DNA of 64,000 nt from Nitrospirota bacterium. GTDB taxonomy: Bacteria > Nitrospirota > Thermodesulfovibrionia > Thermodesulfovibrionales > Dissulfurispiraceae. Position numbers and translations under genes: made by a program. Positions within the stretch are counted from its first letter, which is position 1; every line of letters begins with the position of its first letter. The notes beneath the pieces are model-generated. The model did not search any database, had not been told where the DNA came from, and was given only the letters and a program-made list of their open reading frames with translations. The stretch lies in NCBI GenBank assembly GCA_963710375.1, contig CAVPZX010000003.1, positions 32,001 to 96,000 on the forward strand, read 5' to 3'. Positions 59,805 through 64,000 of this stretch are shown here, piece after piece.

Positions 59805-61382
59805 TTGGAACAGAGCCATTTAAAGTTAATGACCAAATATGTCCTGCTGCTGGTGATCGTAGCGCTTTCCCTGTCTTTTTTCAGACTCGGGTTTGTTAAA
59901 CTCTTTGACGTCGATGAGGCGGTCTTCTCAGCCGCGACCAAAGAAATGGTACAGAGCGGCGACTTTATAACTCCGACCTACAATGGAGAAAACCGCTATG
60001 ATAAGCCGATTCTTTTTTACTGGCTTATGGCTGCATCATACATGGCTTTCGGGATCAACAACTTTGCTGCGCGCTTCCCTTCCGCTCTTGCCGCCGTATG
60101 TCTCGCATTGGCGCTTTTTTTATTTGTAAGGCACTCACATGGGGAGAAGAGGGCTTTTTATGCGGCACTCTCATTCGTGCTGTCGATCTACTTCTTTATT
60201 TATTCGCGCGCTGCCGTGACTGATATGTCTTTGACTCTGTTCATCTGCGCCTCGCTGTTTTCGTTCTACCTGTCCACTACATACCGTAGTATTGCTCCGG
60301 TAAAGGCTTCCAGGTATCTCTGCGGGTTTTACGCTTTTTCAGCGCTAGCCTTTCTTACCAAGGGATTAATAGGAATAGTCTTCCCTTTTAGTATAGCCCT
60401 TATTTATCTTTATGCCGTTGAAGGAAAGGGCGGTCTCAGAAATATAGTCACCGTCAAAGGTATTCTTATCTTCCTCATTCTGTCGGCCCCCTGGTATTTT
60501 GCTCAGGTCTCCATTAACGGGAAGGAATTTATCGATCAATTTTTCATAAAACACCATTTTAAACGATACGTCGGGGTTGTATCAGGCCACAGCGGGCCGC
60601 TCTACTATTACATCCCTGTTTTGCTGATCGGGCTTTTCCCCTGGGCGGCTTTCCTTCCAGCTGGAATCCGGGCTGTTTTCAGAGAGAAGGACAGGCTCAA
60701 TCTGTTTGCCTTTATCTGGGCGGCATTTGTTGTAGTCTTTTTTTCATTATCCACAACGAAGCTGCCTAATTATATTCTCCCCGCCGTTCCTGCTGCAGTT
60801 ATACTGATTGCTTCCGGGATGACTGAAGGGGAAAAGAACTGGCACCGCTTCGCCTATCTGCTCATGGCGCTCCTCGCAGCAGCGCTGGGCTGCGGCCTGG
60901 TGGTTTCAAGGTCATACCTGATCAGATACGGAATCGCGGGAGACGGATGGCTCATTATCTCCGTCGGGGTTATGGCTGCTTTTATACTGGCTGATTTATA
61001 CGCAGTCATCCGCAATAAAAGACCGTATCCAGTCCTGTTCTGCCTTACGGGACTCCTCATAGTGGTACTGTTAGTGAAAGCGCTGCCGGCTACGGGCGAT
61101 TATCTTCAGGGGACATTGTACAGGTATAGCTTATATGCTAAAGAAAAACTACCTCCTTATGAGCCCGTTATTACATACGCCATAAACAAGCCGAGCGTTG
61201 TTTTTTATTCTGGGCATAAGATTATTCATGCCGGCAGTGAAAACGAGCTGAAAGCGCTTATGGATGCAGCACCGCATCATGCGCTTGTTATTGCAAAGAC
61301 AAAGGACAGAGGGAAAATGGAATCCCTCGGTTTCAATGTTTTGGAGATGGACTCCCAATATGGACTTTTTGAAAAAAAATAA
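59805..61382 (+). CDS. ArnT-like GT-C glycosyltransferase (GT83/PMT_2)
   Basis: DVDE, YDKPILFYW, ARFPSAL, LTKG and KLPNYILP motifs. Confidence 0.9.
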   Translation: MEQSHLKLMTKYVLLLVIVALSLSFFRLGFVKLFDVDEAVFSAATKEMVQSGDFITPTYNGENRYDKPILFYWLMAASYMAFGINNFAARFPSALAAVCLALALFLFVRHSHGEKRAFYAALSFVLSIYFFIYSRAAVTDMSLTLFICASLFSFYLSTTYRSIAPVKASRYLCGFYAFSALAFLTKGLIGIVFPFSIALIYLYAVEGKGGLRNIVTVKGILIFLILSAPWYFAQVSINGKEFIDQFFIKHHFKRYVGVVSGHSGPLYYYIPVLLIGLFPWAAFLPAGIRAVFREKDRLNLFAFIWAAFVVVFFSLSTTKLPNYILPAVPAAVILIASGMTEGEKNWHRFAYLLMALLAAALGCGLVVSRSYLIRYGIAGDGWLIISVGVMAAFILADLYAVIRNKRPYPVLFCLTGLLIVVLLVKALPATGDYLQGTLYRYSLYAKEKLPPYEPVITYAINKPSVVFYSGHKIIHAGSENELKALMDAAPHHALVIAKTKDRGKMESLGFNVLEMDSQYGLFEKK

Positions 61383-61974
61383 GGAATTATTGTTGGCAGG
61401 TCTGTTTTTCATCTTGTTCTTTGCCTTCCAGGACAAGGCGGTCATGGTATGGATGAAGCACCTCGATCAGAGTCGGTCTGCTTTATACATGCTGGCCAGG
61501 AAGCTTGATCCTTTCATAAATTTTATAGGCCATGGCACAACATTGCTCGTTGCAGCAGGTCTTATTTTTGTTATTGGAAAAAAGTTCAGCCCCGGCCTGT
61601 GCTATACAGGTAAAGCGCTGATGCTGAGTTTTTTTGCTGCAGGACTTTCCGTACAGCTCCTCAAGCACCTGATCGGACGGGCACGGCCCCGCATTACGGA
61701 AAGCCTTATTATAATAGGTCCATCACTTAAGGGAGGCTATGATTCCTTCCCATCCGGACATTCGGCGGTTGTCTTCTGTTTTGCATTTATTCTGGCGCAG
61801 CAATTCCCGCGATATAAGGCTATTTTCTATTGTATTGCTGCTATAATAAGCATGATGAGAGTTGTAGACCTTTCTCATTTCCCATCCGATATTGCCGCAG
61901 GAGCGGTCTTAGGCGTGATTGTGGGAAAGGTGCTTTCGGCAAAAGTATTTGACCTGGGAACTCCGGTATCGTAG
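61360..61974 (+). CDS. PAP2 family phosphatase
   Basis: KHLIGRARP, SFPSGHS and RV...HFPSD motifs. Confidence 0.92.
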   Translation: MDFLKKNKELLLAGLFFILFFAFQDKAVMVWMKHLDQSRSALYMLARKLDPFINFIGHGTTLLVAAGLIFVIGKKFSPGLCYTGKALMLSFFAAGLSVQLLKHLIGRARPRITESLIIIGPSLKGGYDSFPSGHSAVVFCFAFILAQQFPRYKAIFYCIAAIISMMRVVDLSHFPSDIAAGAVLGVIVGKVLSAKVFDLGTPVS

Positions 61975-61976
61975 AG

Positions 61977-62369
61977 ATGAGCGCAGAGGACAAACAGACA
62001 TCCAAGGTCCGTAATCGCCGCGTGCATATGGCTAATGAGCGCACCTTCCTGGCTTGGGTAAGGACCAGTATAGGGATAATGGCGTTCGGTTTTGTTGTGG
62101 AGAAGTTTGCTCTTTTTTTAAGGCAGTTATACTTCATACTCGGAAAGCAGCCGCTTGCAATGGCACCGGGATATTCTTCCTTATTCGGGGGCACTCTCGT
62201 TGGGTTTGGGGCATTGATGGGGGTGCTTGCCTTTGTGAGGTACCTAAAAGTGCAAAAACAGATTGATACAGATACTTACCAGCCTTCTTCGCTGCTTGAT
62301 ATAATGGTAACACTCACTCTCCTAGCCATCGCAGTATTTCTTATCATCTATTTACTTCATACCGCATAA
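61977..62369 (+). CDS. DUF202/YidH family membrane protein
   Basis: ANERTFLAWVRT. Confidence 0.92.
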   Translation: MSAEDKQTSKVRNRRVHMANERTFLAWVRTSIGIMAFGFVVEKFALFLRQLYFILGKQPLAMAPGYSSLFGGTLVGFGALMGVLAFVRYLKVQKQIDTDTYQPSSLLDIMVTLTLLAIAVFLIIYLLHTA

Positions 62370-62437
62370 TTTATGAATTATGTCGGTTAGACCGTAACGT
62401 GTTATAATATCGCAGAAGCTCGATAAATGGGGGTGCT

Positions 62438-62890
62438 GTGATGGATAAACGGGGTGTAATATTTGCTGCTTTGATTTGTCTGCTTCTTATTGCTGCGCCG
62501 GCTGTTGCTGAAATACACTGGTATACGTTGGATGAGGGCCTGAAGATGGGTGCGAGTCAGCATAAGCCTGTCATAGTAGACTTTTTCTACGGCAAGGGAT
62601 GCTCTCGCTGCGAGTTTCTGCAGAAGCACGTGTATGATAATCCTTCCATAGCTAAGAAAATATCTGATGATTTTGTCCCTGTGCGCGTTGATCTCACCAA
62701 AAAGCTTTCAGCTGAGGAAACGGCCTTTGGCAACCAGTATGATTTCAAGAATGACTGTCTCCTCATATTTCTTGACCAGAACGGTAAACTTTTTAAAGGT
62801 CCGGGCGGGAAAAAGCTTTGCTTCGCTGATTCTATAGAGCCTGAACAGTTTATTCAATACCTTGATATGGTCAAAGAGGGATATAAGTAG
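62438..62890 (+). CDS. Exported thioredoxin-fold protein
   Basis: Signal peptide and KPVIVDF...CSRC. Confidence 0.8.
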   Translation: MMDKRGVIFAALICLLLIAAPAVAEIHWYTLDEGLKMGASQHKPVIVDFFYGKGCSRCEFLQKHVYDNPSIAKKISDDFVPVRVDLTKKLSAEETAFGNQYDFKNDCLLIFLDQNGKLFKGPGGKKLCFADSIEPEQFIQYLDMVKEGYK

Positions 62891-62959
62891 GACTAAAGTT
62901 CAGGATTCTCGATCCTCTGGCATCTAAATTGCAGGTTCAAAAGCAAGGAGGTGTCAGAT

Positions 62960-63154
62960 ATGAGTCGGCAACTGTTAAAAGCAATCGTCTCTATCCTGAG
63001 GGAATCCCCCCTTTACAAAACGTTTTCACCCGAGGAGAAACGCACCATAATAAAAGGGCTGGCTGAGAGTTACTCGTTTCTCGATGATGGTAAAGGCGGA
63101 GACATAGTAGGATATGAGTCGAGTTGGGCTGGAATTATTCAGACCAATAAGTAA
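62960..63154 (+). CDS. Small protein (ILRESPLY family)
   Basis: SD AAGGAGGTG before ATG 62960; SILRESPLYKT. Confidence 0.75.
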   Translation: MSRQLLKAIVSILRESPLYKTFSPEEKRTIIKGLAESYSFLDDGKGGDIVGYESSWAGIIQTNK

Positions 63155-63286
63155 AATGGCGCACTAAAGAAGTGATCCAGTGGTCTTTTGCTGCAGTTAG
63201 CAACTGGCCTTTCTTTCCTTTATCATTCCTTTTTTAAGATACTTTTTTCCCATTTGAGGAAATAATTCCAATAATTATTCTGTTGA

Positions 63287-64000
63287 TTATCTTTTACTGT
63301 CAACATAAATATCGATGAATCTTCGCATGTGCACTATAGACTTTATATGAGCCAGAATGAGGTCTATATAGCCCTTTTCCTGTAAGCTGTCATGGACATC
63401 CCTTGGCAGGGCAAGTACTTTTTGAGCATCTATAAGGTGCATGTAAACCTTTTGCCCCCGGTGTTCGCAGCAGCCCGCGGCAATCAAATCATGCTTTAGC
63501 AGCGTTTGTACAAATTCCTGAGTTTCTTCAGCCATCTCCGCTACGCTTATAGCAGGGACGACACAGTCACTAAAAATATGGGAGTTTATGGTACCGTCCG
63601 GCATTAGAATGGTATGTCCGGATTCCCCGGAAAATCCAGGGCAGGAAGGTTTTACCGCCACTTTATACCCGCCCTCAAGGTCCTTTACCATGCAAAAGGG
63701 GCGTTGCTTGCACACTAAAGGTCTTTCTTCGCCGAGAATGCATCCTTCCCCTTCGCGCAAGTAGACGCAGTGAGATATCTCCAACGGCGTTTTCAGGAAG
63801 ATGCTGAGGGAACTCTCAGTTTTTCCGTCAGGCAGATTCAATATGTTAAAAGAAAGAGGGAAATACTGCGAAAGGCGAGGTATCTCTTTTATAAAAATTA
63901 CGGCTTCCAGGAACATAAAGCAACAAGAGTCTGTACAATCAGCTCCCAGGCAGCGCCATTTTCTGTTCCTCTCTTTTAGGGAATCGAGCAGCTCAACCTC
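63287..64000 (-). CDS. YkgJ/FliB-like cysteine-cluster protein (5' end outside the window)
   Basis: Frame is open to the window edge with WRCLGADCTDSCCF; then CVYL...C.....RPLVC..RPF and CPG. Confidence 0.8.
   Translation of the reverse strand, partial: EVELLDSLKERNRKWRCLGADCTDSCCFMFLEAVIFIKEIPRLSQYFPLSFNILNLPDGKTESSLSIFLKTPLEISHCVYLREGEGCILGEERPLVCKQRPFCMVKDLEGGYKVAVKPSCPGFSGESGHTILMPDGTINSHIFSDCVVPAISVAEMAEETQEFVQTLLKHDLIAAGCCEHRGQKVYMHLIDAQKVLALPRDVHDSLQEKGYIDLILAHIKSIVHMRRFIDIYVDSKR

Noticed and set aside
62893..62925. sigma28 promoter for the second ILRESPLY gene
   Set aside because: TAAAGTT is present but there is no GCCGATAA at the required spacing.

Overview
Bacterial chromosomal segment; gene content (short PheT, caa3/cc(o/b)o3-type cox cluster, conserved hypotheticals) suggests Nitrospirota/Thermodesulfovibrionia or a related lineage (inference). 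Housekeeping blocks are recG-nusA-rimP, secG-tpiA, lysS-lolE-lolD and thrS-infC-rpmI-rplT-pheST. Between them lie an accessory island (TetR, crotonase, thioesterase, XhoI/PaeR7I-family R-M system), hicBA, a sigma54-driven kdp operon with two peptides and a stand-alone HTH protein, a hybrid kinase, glgP, TauE/USP and degQ. An apparent single operon joins a SorAB-type sulfite dehydrogenase to an A2 heme-copper oxidase. Main findings: (i) a sigma28 promoter, a 40-aa sORF, a B12 radical SAM enzyme and a divergent RelA/SpoT-like nucleotidyltransferase in one co-oriented run; (ii) three MITE-like families, with one 37-nt covarying hairpin nested inside two of them; (iii) intergenic hairpins built from 6-, 7- and 8-mer repeats, one recruited into a signal peptide; (iv) four +1 frameshifts, three of which restore an AGCT site, possibly a methylation-linked sequencing-error footprint. 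No rRNA, tRNA or CRISPR array was recognised.
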